A stretch of 28,959 nt of DNA from Nitrospinota bacterium. Its GTDB lineage: Bacteria; UBA8248. Below the pieces are notes generated by a model. That model had not been told where the DNA came from and searched no databases. It saw only the letters and a program-made list of their open reading frames with translations. The stretch lies in NCBI GenBank assembly GCA_046581755.1, contig JAYGFR010000279.1:1-28959 (forward strand), written 5' to 3'. Positions within the stretch are counted from its first letter, which is position 1; every line of letters starts with the position of its first letter. Shown piece by piece: positions 16,537-25,156 of the stretch. The position numbers and the translations under genes were made by a program.

Positions 16537-17625
16537 GTGAACGGCCGGGACTGGTATGCGGTTCTCGGGGTCCCCCCCGGCGCGGACGCCGAGAAGATCA
16601 AAAAGGCCTACCGTAGGCTTGCCCTCGAATGCCACCCGGACCGCCATCCGGGCGATAAAGACGCCGAGGCCCGCTTCAAGGAAATCGTCATCGCCTACGA
16701 AGCGCTGAGCGACCCGGAAAAGCGGGCCAAATACGGCCGGATGCGAAAAGTCCCGGACACCCCGAAGCCGGCGGGCCAGTTCGACGAGGGGTGGGAGGAG
16801 GTTTTCTCCCAAATCTTCCGGACCCGGGCGGGAGAAAAAATACACCGCAATACGCCCGAAAAGGGGCGCGGCATCGATGCCCGGCTCGACATCACCTTGG
16901 AGGATGCCGCAACGGGCGGGAACCACATTTTGCCCTACCACCGCCAGGTTCTCTGCTCCCGGTGCCGCGGCACGGAAACGGACCCCGAAGGCGAATCGGC
17001 CGAATGCCGCCTTTGCGGGGGCGCCGGCGAGGTCCGCTTCAGGCGGGGGTCCTCCGAAGTCGCCATCCCCTGCGGGGCCTGCATGGGCGAGGGACGCATC
17101 CGGCGGGAGCAATGCCCCGAATGCCGAGGCGAGGGGCGCATTCGCACCGAGGAGTCCCGCCAGGTCAAAGTGCACGCCGCCGTCAACGACGGAGAGCGGA
17201 TCCTGTTCGCCCGGTATGGGGACGAGGGCGTGTCCGATACGGGCGATCTGCGCGTCACCATCCACGTCCGGCCCCATAAAATTTTCGAGCGCTCCGGAAG
17301 ATACGACATTCTTCTCAGCCAGCCCATCAACGTCCTCCAGGCCGTCATGGGCGGTCAGATCATCGTCCCCACCCTCCACGGCCAGGTGAAGCTCCGCATT
17401 CCGGCCGGGACCCGTGACGAACAGGTGTTTCGCCTCCGGGGGAAGGGGCTCTCCCGCCCGGCCGGAGAGGCGGGGGATCAACTCGTGACCGTCACCCTCG
17501 AAACCCCCACCCGGGTCGGCAAAAAGCTCCGCTGGCTGCTCGGGGAGGTCGGGCGCCTCTCGGGCGCATTTTCCCACCCGCTCAAGAAGCGCCTCCTCGA
17601 CAAGGTGAAATCCTTTCTCCGCTAA
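16537..17625 (+). CDS. dnaJ: DnaJ-family chaperone (J domain, four CxxC repeats, C-terminal domain; no G/F-rich tract)
   Basis: DWYAVLGV...IKKAYRRLALECHPD...AYEALSDPEKRAKY; CSRCRGTE, CRLCGGAG, CGACMGEG, CPECRGEG; FRLRGKG; GTG start. Confidence 0.9.
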   Translation: MNGRDWYAVLGVPPGADAEKIKKAYRRLALECHPDRHPGDKDAEARFKEIVIAYEALSDPEKRAKYGRMRKVPDTPKPAGQFDEGWEEVFSQIFRTRAGEKIHRNTPEKGRGIDARLDITLEDAATGGNHILPYHRQVLCSRCRGTETDPEGESAECRLCGGAGEVRFRRGSSEVAIPCGACMGEGRIRREQCPECRGEGRIRTEESRQVKVHAAVNDGERILFARYGDEGVSDTGDLRVTIHVRPHKIFERSGRYDILLSQPINVLQAVMGGQIIVPTLHGQVKLRIPAGTRDEQVFRLRGKGLSRPAGEAGDQLVTVTLETPTRVGKKLRWLLGEVGRLSGAFSHPLKKRLLDKVKSFLR

Positions 17626-17654
17626 TTGCCCAAACGAGACGCGCCGCTTATAAA
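17626..17654 (+). promoter_or_regulatory. Putative internal sigma70 promoter for the double-MaoC gene
   Basis: TTGCCC (17626-17631), 17 nt, TATAAA (17649-17654). Confidence 0.5.
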
Positions 17655-17710
17655 GGTCAGGTTCCAGTACCATCCTCTTTCGACAATCATGATTCTTGGG
17701 AGGCTATCCA

Positions 17711-18805
17711 GTGACAGACGAGGCCGAAGCGCAAATCGAGGAATTCGCAACCCAATCCCGCGCCCTGGTCGGCAAGGAGGTCCGCGAGCGGGGGCCCTGG
17801 AACAACGAGGCCTCCCTCGACGCCATTCGGCATTTCGCCAACGGCATCGACGACGACAATCCCCTCTGGCTCGATCCGGACTATGCCGCCGGGACGGTCC
17901 ACAAAAAAATACAGGCCCCGCCCGCCTTTCTCGTCTCCGTCCTCTACCCCATCCTCCACGGCGCGCCGGTCGTCGCCCCGCTCTCCTCTCTCATCGGCGG
18001 GGTCTCCTTCGAGTGGTTCCAGCCCATCTACGCCGGGGACACGCTCCGGGCGCACTCGGTGGTCAAGGAGATGTTCGAGAAGACCAATAAGGCGGGCCGC
18101 CGCCTCATCTTCATCATCGGCGAGTTCACCTACGAGAACGGCCGGGGCGAGACCGTCGCCACGGCCACCGGCACCATGATCCGCACCCTCCAGGAGGGAA
18201 GCAGCCTCATGTACGACCGCGAGGTCACCCACTACGACGAGGCCGCCATCGCCGAGATCGAGGCTGAGTACCGGGCCGAGAAGCGCACCGGCTCGGACCC
18301 GCTCCACTGGGAGGACGTCTCCCCCGGAGACGCGCTGCCCTCAATGCTGAGGGGCCCCCTCACCATCGGGGACATGGTCGCCTGGAACGCGGCGCTGGGA
18401 CCCTCCTACAGGGCGGGCCGGCTCGGCTACCTCGACCTGCTCAAGGCCCCCCACAACGCCGTCATCACCCCCCAGATCGGCCTTCCGGTCAAAAACTCCC
18501 AGCAGCACGAAGACTTCACCCTCGCCGCGGGCCGAGGGATGCCGGGGCCCTTCGACAATGGGGTCATGCGCTTCGCCTGGGTCACTCCCTACATCACAAA
18601 CTGGATGGGAGACGCGGGGTTCCTAAAAAAATTGGATTGCCAGGTGCGGAAGCCGATGATCTACGGCGACACCATCCGCTACACCGGCCAGGTCTCGGAC
18701 AAGGGCGAGGGCGGCTCGGTCGAGATCGAATTCACGGGCCTCAACCAGCTCGGCGAGGTCGCCAGCAAAGGCACCGCCGAGGTCATCCTGCCGGCGAAGA
18801 GCTAG
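17711..18805 (+). CDS. Double hot-dog (MaoC/FAS1-like) dehydratase-family protein
   Basis: AIRHFANGIDDDNPLW...APPAF...EWFQPIYAGD; second domain WEDVSPGDALP..RGPLT...GMPGPFDNG...TNWMGD; GTG 17711 with GGAGG RBS. Confidence 0.85.
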   Translation: MTDEAEAQIEEFATQSRALVGKEVRERGPWNNEASLDAIRHFANGIDDDNPLWLDPDYAAGTVHKKIQAPPAFLVSVLYPILHGAPVVAPLSSLIGGVSFEWFQPIYAGDTLRAHSVVKEMFEKTNKAGRRLIFIIGEFTYENGRGETVATATGTMIRTLQEGSSLMYDREVTHYDEAAIAEIEAEYRAEKRTGSDPLHWEDVSPGDALPSMLRGPLTIGDMVAWNAALGPSYRAGRLGYLDLLKAPHNAVITPQIGLPVKNSQQHEDFTLAAGRGMPGPFDNGVMRFAWVTPYITNWMGDAGFLKKLDCQVRKPMIYGDTIRYTGQVSDKGEGGSVEIEFTGLNQLGEVASKGTAEVILPAKS

Positions 18806-18835
18806 CCGGGCCCGCCGCCGAAGCGAGCCGCCGCG

Positions 18836-19711
18836 ATGCGCGAATGGATGGAGCTTCTGGTCCAGGCGCCCGATGCGCTTGCCGAGGAGGCCTCCGCCCG
18901 GCTCATCGAATCGGGCGCGGCCGCCGTCGAAAGGCGTGAATCGCAGCCCGGCGCCTCTCTCCTGATCACCCATTTTTTGCTCGAGAACGGGGTCACCCAA
19001 AAACTCCGCGCCGCCGAGGCGGCCCTCGCGGGCCTGGGCATCGGACCGGACGCCATCGCCGTCCGCAACATCGAGGAAGTCGATTGGGTCGGGCGCTCGC
19101 GCGAAATGTTCACCGCCCGCGCCTACGGCGAGCGCCTCTGGGTGCGGCCCCCCTGGGGCAAATCCCCCGCCCCCGCCGGGCGGGAGGAAATTATCCTCGA
19201 ACCCTCCCTCGCCTTCGGGACCGGACGCCACGCCTCGACCCATCTTTGCCTGGAGACCATCGAGCGCATGTGCGGGGAGCGCCCGCCCCGGCGATTCGTG
19301 GACATCGGCTGCGGCTCGGGCATCCTCAGCGCCGCCGCAATCAAGCTCGGGGCCGAGGGCGCCCTAGCCCTCGACCTCGACCCGGCGGCGGCGGACACCG
19401 CGCGAAAGCTCGCCGATGAAAACGGCCTCGCCGGCCGGATGCGCGTGCGCGAGGGCACCCTCGAACCGGAGACCCTGGGCGATTGGTGGGGGCAAGCGGA
19501 CATGCTCGCGGCGAACATCTTCCTGACCCCGCTCCGCGAGCTGGCCCCGCGCATGGCCGAAGCCCTGGCGAAGGGCGGCCGGGGGGTCCTGAGCGGGATC
19601 GGCTACGAGCAGGCCGACACGCTGGCCGGGATCGCTGAGGCGGCGGGCCTTGCCGTCACCGGACGGAAATACCGGGAAGAATGGGCCGCCGTCGAGATCG
19701 AAAAGCCCTGA
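18836..19711 (+). CDS. prmA: Ribosomal protein L11 methyltransferase
   Basis: LEPSLAFGTGRHAST, DIGCGSGILS, AANI, VLSGI; downstream of dnaJ. Confidence 0.92.
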   Translation: MREWMELLVQAPDALAEEASARLIESGAAAVERRESQPGASLLITHFLLENGVTQKLRAAEAALAGLGIGPDAIAVRNIEEVDWVGRSREMFTARAYGERLWVRPPWGKSPAPAGREEIILEPSLAFGTGRHASTHLCLETIERMCGERPPRRFVDIGCGSGILSAAAIKLGAEGALALDLDPAAADTARKLADENGLAGRMRVREGTLEPETLGDWWGQADMLAANIFLTPLRELAPRMAEALAKGGRGVLSGIGYEQADTLAGIAEAAGLAVTGRKYREEWAAVEIEKP

Positions 19712-19822
19712 GCGCCAATCGGCTTCGCCTCCCTTACCAGACCTCAAGGCCCCATCCCCGATCGAGGGCGGTCGCTTCGAGTGGGCGCCCGAAAAAACCG
19801 CCGAACGGGGGGGCTGATCATT

Positions 19823-19851
19823 TTGACAACCCCGCTGCGTTCCGGGATAAT
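19823..19851 (+). promoter_or_regulatory. Near-consensus sigma70 promoter upstream of the purD leader
   Basis: TTGACA (19823-19828), 17 nt, GATAAT (19846-19851). Confidence 0.75.
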
Positions 19852-19857
19852 CTTTTC

Positions 19858-19931
19858 AACAGGCGTGCGCCCCCGGTCTTTTGCGCCGGGGACAAAAGAT
19901 GGGCCCCGCGAGTTGCGGGGCTTTTTCTTTT
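19858..19931 (+). ncRNA. Candidate ~70-nt structured RNA (attenuator/riboswitch-like leader or sRNA)
   Basis: Bounded by a promoter and an intrinsic terminator; contains competing stems; not matched by eye to a known family. Confidence 0.5.
19903..19931 (+). terminator. Intrinsic terminator
   Basis: GCCCCGC-GAGTT-GCGGGGC followed by TTTTTCTTTT. Confidence 0.85.
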
Positions 19932-20031
19932 CATCCCGTCGCCCCGGAGGATTGACGCCCCGCCACCGCGCGGTGCAATCTGCTCCCATCTCATACCGAA
20001 CCGATCCGGAATCGTCCTCTGAGGAGCACCC

Positions 20032-21312
20032 ATGAAAGTCATCGTTGTGGGCGGCGGCGGGCGCGAGCACTCGCTGGCTTGGAAGCTGGCCCAGAGCCCG
20101 GAGGTGGAGGAAATCGTCTGCGCCCCCGGCAACGCGGGTACCGCCGCTATCGGGCGGAACGAGCCGGTGGGCGCGGAGGACATCGAGGGTCTCACGGCGC
20201 TGGCCAGGCGCGAGGGAGCCGGGCTCGTGGTGGTGGGTCCTGAAGTCGTGCTGGCGCTGGGCCTGGCCGATCGGCTGGAGGATGAGGGCATCCCCGTCTT
20301 CGGGCCGGGTAAAGCCGCCGCCCGAATCGAGGCGAGCAAAGCCTTCTCGAAAGAGCTCATGGAGGCGGCGGGGATTCCCACGGCCTCCTTCGGCGTGTTC
20401 GATCGTCCCTTGGACGCAAAAAAGTTCGTGCGGGACCGGGGCGGGGCCTGGGCCGTCAAGGCGGACGGCCTCGCCGCCGGGAAGGGGGTGCTCATCTGCC
20501 CGGACCCGGCGTCGGCCGAGGCCGCCATCGCCGAGATCATGGAGGACCGCGCCTTCGGCGAGGCGGGCGCGCGCTGCGTGGTGGAGGAATTTCTCACCGG
20601 CGAGGAGGCCAGCCTGCTCGCCTTCGTGGACGGAAAAGAAGCCGTCCTCATGCCCTCGGCCCAGGACCACAAGCCCATCGGCGAGGGGGACACAGGCCCG
20701 AACACGGGGGGCATGGGCACCTACTCCCCGGCCCCGATCATGTCGGCCGAGATCGAGGCGCGCGCGCTGAACGAGGTCATCCGGCCCGCCGTGGAAGAGA
20801 TGGCCAGGCGCGGGACGCCCTACCGGGGGATTCTCTACGCCGGGCTCATGATCGAGGAGGGTTCGTTCAAGGTGCTCGAATTCAACTGCCGCTTCGGGGA
20901 CCCGGAGTGCCAGCCCCTGCTCATGCGCATGGAGAGCGATCTGCTTCCCGTCCTCCTGGCCTGCGCGGAGGGGGATCTTTCGAAGGCGGAAGTTTCCTTT
21001 TCGGACGATCCCGCCGCCTGCGTGGTGATGGCCTCGGGAGGGTATCCGGGGGCCTACCGGAAGGGAGACGCCATCTCCGGAATCGAGGCCGCAAACGCGG
21101 TCGAGGGCGTCTATGTCTTTCACGCCGGAACGGCGCTGGACGGCGAGGGGCAAACCGTCACCTCGGGCGGGCGCGTCCTCGGGGTCACAGCGCGCGGGGG
21201 GGACATCAAGGAGGCGCTCGAGCGGGCCTACGAGGCCGCCGGGCGGATTCACTGGGAGGGTGCCTATTACCGCAAGGACATCGGCGCGAAGGCCCTGCGC
21301 CGGATGACCTGA
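20032..21312 (+). CDS. purD: Phosphoribosylamine--glycine ligase
   Basis: GGGGREH, APGNAG, VVGPE, EASKAFSK, KADGLAAGKGV, QDHK...GPNTGGMG, EFNCRFGDPE, TSGGRVL, YRKDIG. Confidence 0.99.
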   Translation: MKVIVVGGGGREHSLAWKLAQSPEVEEIVCAPGNAGTAAIGRNEPVGAEDIEGLTALARREGAGLVVVGPEVVLALGLADRLEDEGIPVFGPGKAAARIEASKAFSKELMEAAGIPTASFGVFDRPLDAKKFVRDRGGAWAVKADGLAAGKGVLICPDPASAEAAIAEIMEDRAFGEAGARCVVEEFLTGEEASLLAFVDGKEAVLMPSAQDHKPIGEGDTGPNTGGMGTYSPAPIMSAEIEARALNEVIRPAVEEMARRGTPYRGILYAGLMIEEGSFKVLEFNCRFGDPECQPLLMRMESDLLPVLLACAEGDLSKAEVSFSDDPAACVVMASGGYPGAYRKGDAISGIEAANAVEGVYVFHAGTALDGEGQTVTSGGRVLGVTARGGDIKEALERAYEAAGRIHWEGAYYRKDIGAKALRRMT

Positions 21313-21384
21313 GACAAACCCCGGGCGCATTTTTCAGCGCGCCCCGGAATTTATTCAGCCATCGATTCGAGGGGAGAGTGGAAG

Positions 21385-22434
21385 ATGAAAGCGATCGTTT
21401 TACCCGGGCCCGGAGAGCCCTTTGTGATGGAAAACCGCCCGGACCCCGAACCCGGCCCCGGCGAAGCGGTCGCCCGGGTGCTGGCCTGCGGATCGGGCCT
21501 CACCATTCAGCACACCCGCATCGGACGCGGCCACACCGCCAACTACCCCATCGTCATCGGCCACGAGATCACCGGCGAAATCACCGCCGTGGGCGCGGAC
21601 GTGGACGGCCTGGAGGTGGGCGATCCGGTGACCTGTTTTTTCTATCTCGATTGCGGCCGGTGCAAATGGTGCCTGAGCAATCGCCCCACCCTGTGCGACA
21701 GCCTGGGCGGCCACGTCGGCCGCCAGATCGACGGCGGCTACGCCGAGTACATGAAGGCGCCGGCCCGAAATTTCATCAAAATCCCGGACAGCCTCGACTG
21801 GAAGGCCAATCCCGCCGAGGTGGGCGTCATCTGCGACGCGCTGGCGACGCCCTACAAGGTGGTCCGCCGGGCGCGCATCTCGCCGCTCGACACCGTCGCC
21901 GTGATCGGCGCGGGCGGGGGCGTGGGCATCCACATGGTCATGATGGCGAGCTGGGCGCACGCCCGCGTCATCGCGGTGGACATCGCGCCCGATAAATTCG
22001 ACAAATGCCGCGAGATGGGCGCGGACGACACGGTGGACGCCTCGGAGGGCAACCTGACCGAGGCGCTGATGGACCTGACCGATGGGGCGGGCGTGGACGT
22101 GGTGGTGGATTTCGTTTCCAGCGCCCAAACCCTCACCGAGGGGATCAAGGCGCTGGGGCGCGGCGGACGGCTGGCCACCCTGGGCGGCGGAGGCGGCGGG
22201 AAGCCGTTCGAGGCGCTGGGGGGCGAGTTTTCGGGCAAGGAGCTCGAAGTGATGGGGAGCCGCTACTGCACCCGCCAGGAGGTCATCGACACCCTGAATC
22301 TCGTGGGACGCGGGGACGTATGGCCCCTCGTGACCGAAAAGATCGGCTTCACGACCGAGGGCGCCGAGAACATCCACGAGCGCCTGGAAAAAGGCCTGGT
22401 GCTCGGCCGCGCCGCGATGATGGTCGCCGGGTAG
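21385..22434 (+). CDS. Zinc-dependent medium-chain alcohol dehydrogenase
   Basis: CGSG, GHEITG, CGRCKWC...C structural Zn site, GAGGGVG nucleotide-binding motif. Confidence 0.93.
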   Translation: MKAIVLPGPGEPFVMENRPDPEPGPGEAVARVLACGSGLTIQHTRIGRGHTANYPIVIGHEITGEITAVGADVDGLEVGDPVTCFFYLDCGRCKWCLSNRPTLCDSLGGHVGRQIDGGYAEYMKAPARNFIKIPDSLDWKANPAEVGVICDALATPYKVVRRARISPLDTVAVIGAGGGVGIHMVMMASWAHARVIAVDIAPDKFDKCREMGADDTVDASEGNLTEALMDLTDGAGVDVVVDFVSSAQTLTEGIKALGRGGRLATLGGGGGGKPFEALGGEFSGKELEVMGSRYCTRQEVIDTLNLVGRGDVWPLVTEKIGFTTEGAENIHERLEKGLVLGRAAMMVAG

Positions 22435-22444
22435 GGAGCGGCGT

Positions 22445-22489
22445 GCGAGGGGCGCTGGGACCGTAGGGGGCGAGGGGCGCTGGGACCGT
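22445..22489. repeat. Exact 20-bp direct repeat GCGAGGGGCGCTGGGACCGT x2
   Basis: Copies at 22445-22464 and 22470-22489 (25-bp period) in the ADH-MaoC spacer. Confidence 0.9.
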
Positions 22490-22499
22490 GGAGGGCAAA

Positions 22500-22952
22500 A
22501 TGGAAAAAGGGATTCCTTTCGAGGGCTGGTCGACCGGGCAGCGGTTCGAGACGCGCGGGCGGACGGTGGCCGATGCCGATATTCTCAGCTTCGTGGCCAC
22601 GGTGGGCTATGCCGAGAGCCTGTTCCTGGACATGGAATACGCCCGGGAGCGGGGCCACTCCAGGCGCATGGCGCCCGCCCTCCTGACGGCCTCGATCGCC
22701 GACGGCCTCATCATCCAGACCGGGAGGCTGGACGGCTACGCCGTTGCCCTGCTGGGCATGGACGGCCTCGCCGCGCGCGGGCCGGTCTATGCGGGCGACA
22801 CGATCCACGTCGAGGTCGAGGTGACCGGGGTGCGGGCCTCGAAATCCAGGCCCGACCGGGGCATCGTCGCCAGCCGCCAGAGGGTCAGGAACCAGGCAGG
22901 CGAGGAGGTGCTCGTCTACGAGGTCAACAGAATGGTGCTCCGGGGACGCTAG
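22500..22952 (+). CDS. MaoC/PaaZ-type hot-dog fold dehydratase-family protein
   Basis: FEGWSTGQRFETRGRTVADADILSF...PVYAGDTIHVEVEV...SKSRPDRGIV...VRNQ.GE.V. Confidence 0.88.
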   Translation: MEKGIPFEGWSTGQRFETRGRTVADADILSFVATVGYAESLFLDMEYARERGHSRRMAPALLTASIADGLIIQTGRLDGYAVALLGMDGLAARGPVYAGDTIHVEVEVTGVRASKSRPDRGIVASRQRVRNQAGEEVLVYEVNRMVLRGR

Positions 22953-23926
22953 AGCCCGAAGAACGCCTTCGCCGTGCCGCTCCAGACCTTCTCGGAGTCC
23001 TCGGCGGAAAGACCCATGCCCTCGAGGATTTTCACGTGGGCCTCGACCGGAACCCAAGGGGCGTCCGAGGCGAACATGACCCGCCCGGCGCCCATCTCCT
23101 GGAGGGCGAGGCGAAGCGCCGTATCCGAGTGGGCCACGGCGTCGGTGTGGATTCGCTCGAAATAATGGCTCGGCGCATGGGAGATGTGATCCCGCGGGCC
23201 GGGGTGGTTGCCCGAGAGGCGGTCCACCCGCCCGATGAGCAGGGGCAGCACCGCGCCCCCGTGGGGCAGGAGGACCTTGAGGCCCGGATGGCGCTCCAGG
23301 GTGCCCGACAGGATGAGCCGGAGGGCGGCCAGGGTTTCGTCGAACATGAACCCCACCATGGGGCCCAGCCAGTAGTCGGCATAGACGGGCCCCGAGGGAG
23401 AGGGCCCAGGGTGAAGCACGAGGGGAACCCCCCGCCCGGCGAGCAGCTCCCAGATGGGCTCGAAGGCGGGATCGTCGAGCGGGCGCTTTCCGCCGACATA
23501 GGCGAACACCTGGAGACCCACGAAGCCGAGATCGTCGATGCACCTCTCCACCTCGCGGCAGCTGGGATCGATGTTCCCAAAACCCAGGCCGCCGAAGCCC
23601 CGGAAGCGATCCGGGTGGCGGGAGACGGCCTCGGCGATGCCGTCGTTTGCGATCCGGGCCAGCTCGTCCGCCTCGGAGGGCTCGGCCGCCAGGTCGGGGC
23701 CCGGTATGTTGATGCTGATCAGAGCAAGATCGATTTGGTGGGCGTCCATCTCCTCGAGCTTGATCGAGAGATCCAGCAGGGCCGCACCCATCGGCAGCTT
23801 CGTCTCGGGGGTTCCGAGGGCCTGCCAGCCGTCCCCGTCGCGCTCGAAGCGGGGATAATCCGATCGCTCCGCGAGGGCTTTGACGTAGGTATCCGGCATG
23901 TGGTGAGTTTGAACATCGATGCGCAT
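22949..23926 (-). CDS. Amidohydrolase_2 family protein (ACMSD/decarboxylase-like)
   Basis: IDVQTH, ARIANDGIA...HPDRF, LVLHP, LLPHGG, MFASDAP. Confidence 0.92.
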   Translation of the reverse strand: MRIDVQTHHMPDTYVKALAERSDYPRFERDGDGWQALGTPETKLPMGAALLDLSIKLEEMDAHQIDLALISINIPGPDLAAEPSEADELARIANDGIAEAVSRHPDRFRGFGGLGFGNIDPSCREVERCIDDLGFVGLQVFAYVGGKRPLDDPAFEPIWELLAGRGVPLVLHPGPSPSGPVYADYWLGPMVGFMFDETLAALRLILSGTLERHPGLKVLLPHGGAVLPLLIGRVDRLSGNHPGPRDHISHAPSHYFERIHTDAVAHSDTALRLALQEMGAGRVMFASDAPWVPVEAHVKILEGMGLSAEDSEKVWSGTAKAFFGL

Positions 23927-24051
23927 ATCGGTCTCCTGGCTTCAGCATGAACAAAATTTCGAAGGTATGAGAATTCGCCCCGATTATCGGCCCCCGCTGG
24001 GGGCGGCGCAATCCTCGCAATCGTTTCACCGTCATCATCGAAAGGGGAAGC

Positions 24052-25113
24052 ATGATGAAATCGACCGGCGTAGCGGTCATCGGAGCCGGGGGAATCGGCA
24101 CGCTCCGGGCGCATTCTTGCGCCCAAATCCCGCAGGTGGACTTCCTGGCCGTCTGCGACAAGGTTCCGGAAAAGCTCGACACGCTCTCCGAATCGGTGGG
24201 CGCGGACATGGCCACCACGAAGTTCGAGGAGGCCATCGCCGATGACCGCGTGGGCGCCGTCATCATCTCCACCGACGAGGAACACCACTACGCCCCGGCC
24301 GCCATGGCCGCCGAAATGGGCAAACCCATCCTCATCGAAAAGCCCTTCGTCCTCGATCTCGCCGAGGCGGACGACATCCTGGCCAAGGCTGAAAAGAGCG
24401 GCGCCGAGGTCTTCGTCGGCTACACCCAGCGCTTCCGCCGGCGCTACCTTCTGGCCAAGCAGGCCGCCATGGCGGGCCAGCTCGGCAACATCGTCATGGC
24501 CATGGGGAAAATCTACGTCACCCGCGCCGTCGGCGAGGCCGTCGCCCGCCGCTCGCCGAACACCACCCCCTCGATCAACACGCTGACCTACATGGTCGAT
24601 CTGATCCTCTGGTACATGGAGGGCAAAACGCCGGTCGAGGTCTACGCGCGGGCGGGGAGTTTCGTATTCCAGGAGTACAACCGCGACGATTTCCAGTGGA
24701 TGATCGTCACCTTCGACGACGGAAGCGTCGCCACCCTCGGCACGAGCTGGCTCCTGCCCCACCACTGGCCCGCCTACACGGCCACCATGGAGATCGACCT
24801 CCAGGGCACGACCGGCTCCCTCAACATCGACGACGCCCACCGCGATGTCATCCTCGCCCCCGGCGAGCCCATCCCCTGCCCCTACACCCCCGAGCACGAG
24901 GTGGACGTCGCCTTCCTGGGCTCGGCCATGCCGGGCGATTTCGCGCTAGGCGAATTTTTCGGCCCCATGAAAGAGGAATCCGACGCCTTCATCCGCCGCG
25001 TCCTGGGCATCGGCGGCGTCGGGCTCGCCACCGGCGCCCACGCGCGCCGGGTGCTGGAACTCACCATGGCCTCGGACCGCTCGGTCAAGGAGGGCGGGCC
25101 GGTTAAACTGTAG
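24052..25113 (+). CDS. Gfo/Idh/MocA family oxidoreductase
   Basis: VIGAGGIG Rossmann motif, IEKP motif, VGYTQRF. Confidence 0.93.
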   Translation: MMKSTGVAVIGAGGIGTLRAHSCAQIPQVDFLAVCDKVPEKLDTLSESVGADMATTKFEEAIADDRVGAVIISTDEEHHYAPAAMAAEMGKPILIEKPFVLDLAEADDILAKAEKSGAEVFVGYTQRFRRRYLLAKQAAMAGQLGNIVMAMGKIYVTRAVGEAVARRSPNTTPSINTLTYMVDLILWYMEGKTPVEVYARAGSFVFQEYNRDDFQWMIVTFDDGSVATLGTSWLLPHHWPAYTATMEIDLQGTTGSLNIDDAHRDVILAPGEPIPCPYTPEHEVDVAFLGSAMPGDFALGEFFGPMKEESDAFIRRVLGIGGVGLATGAHARRVLELTMASDRSVKEGGPVKL

Positions 25114-25156
25114 TTCAAAATCCATCTGGAGTTTTTCAATCGACAGGAGAAAAATC

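Noticed and set aside
19858..19931. Assignment to ZTP, guanine, PRPP/ykkC, preQ1 riboswitch or 6S RNA
   Set aside because: Conserved motifs not seen by eye and too short for 6S; left as an unassigned candidate.
23980..24004. Adjacent short palindromes CCGATTATCGG and GCCCCC-GCT-GGGGGC in a divergent intergenic region
   Set aside because: Short, GC-rich, single occurrences; compatible with chance.
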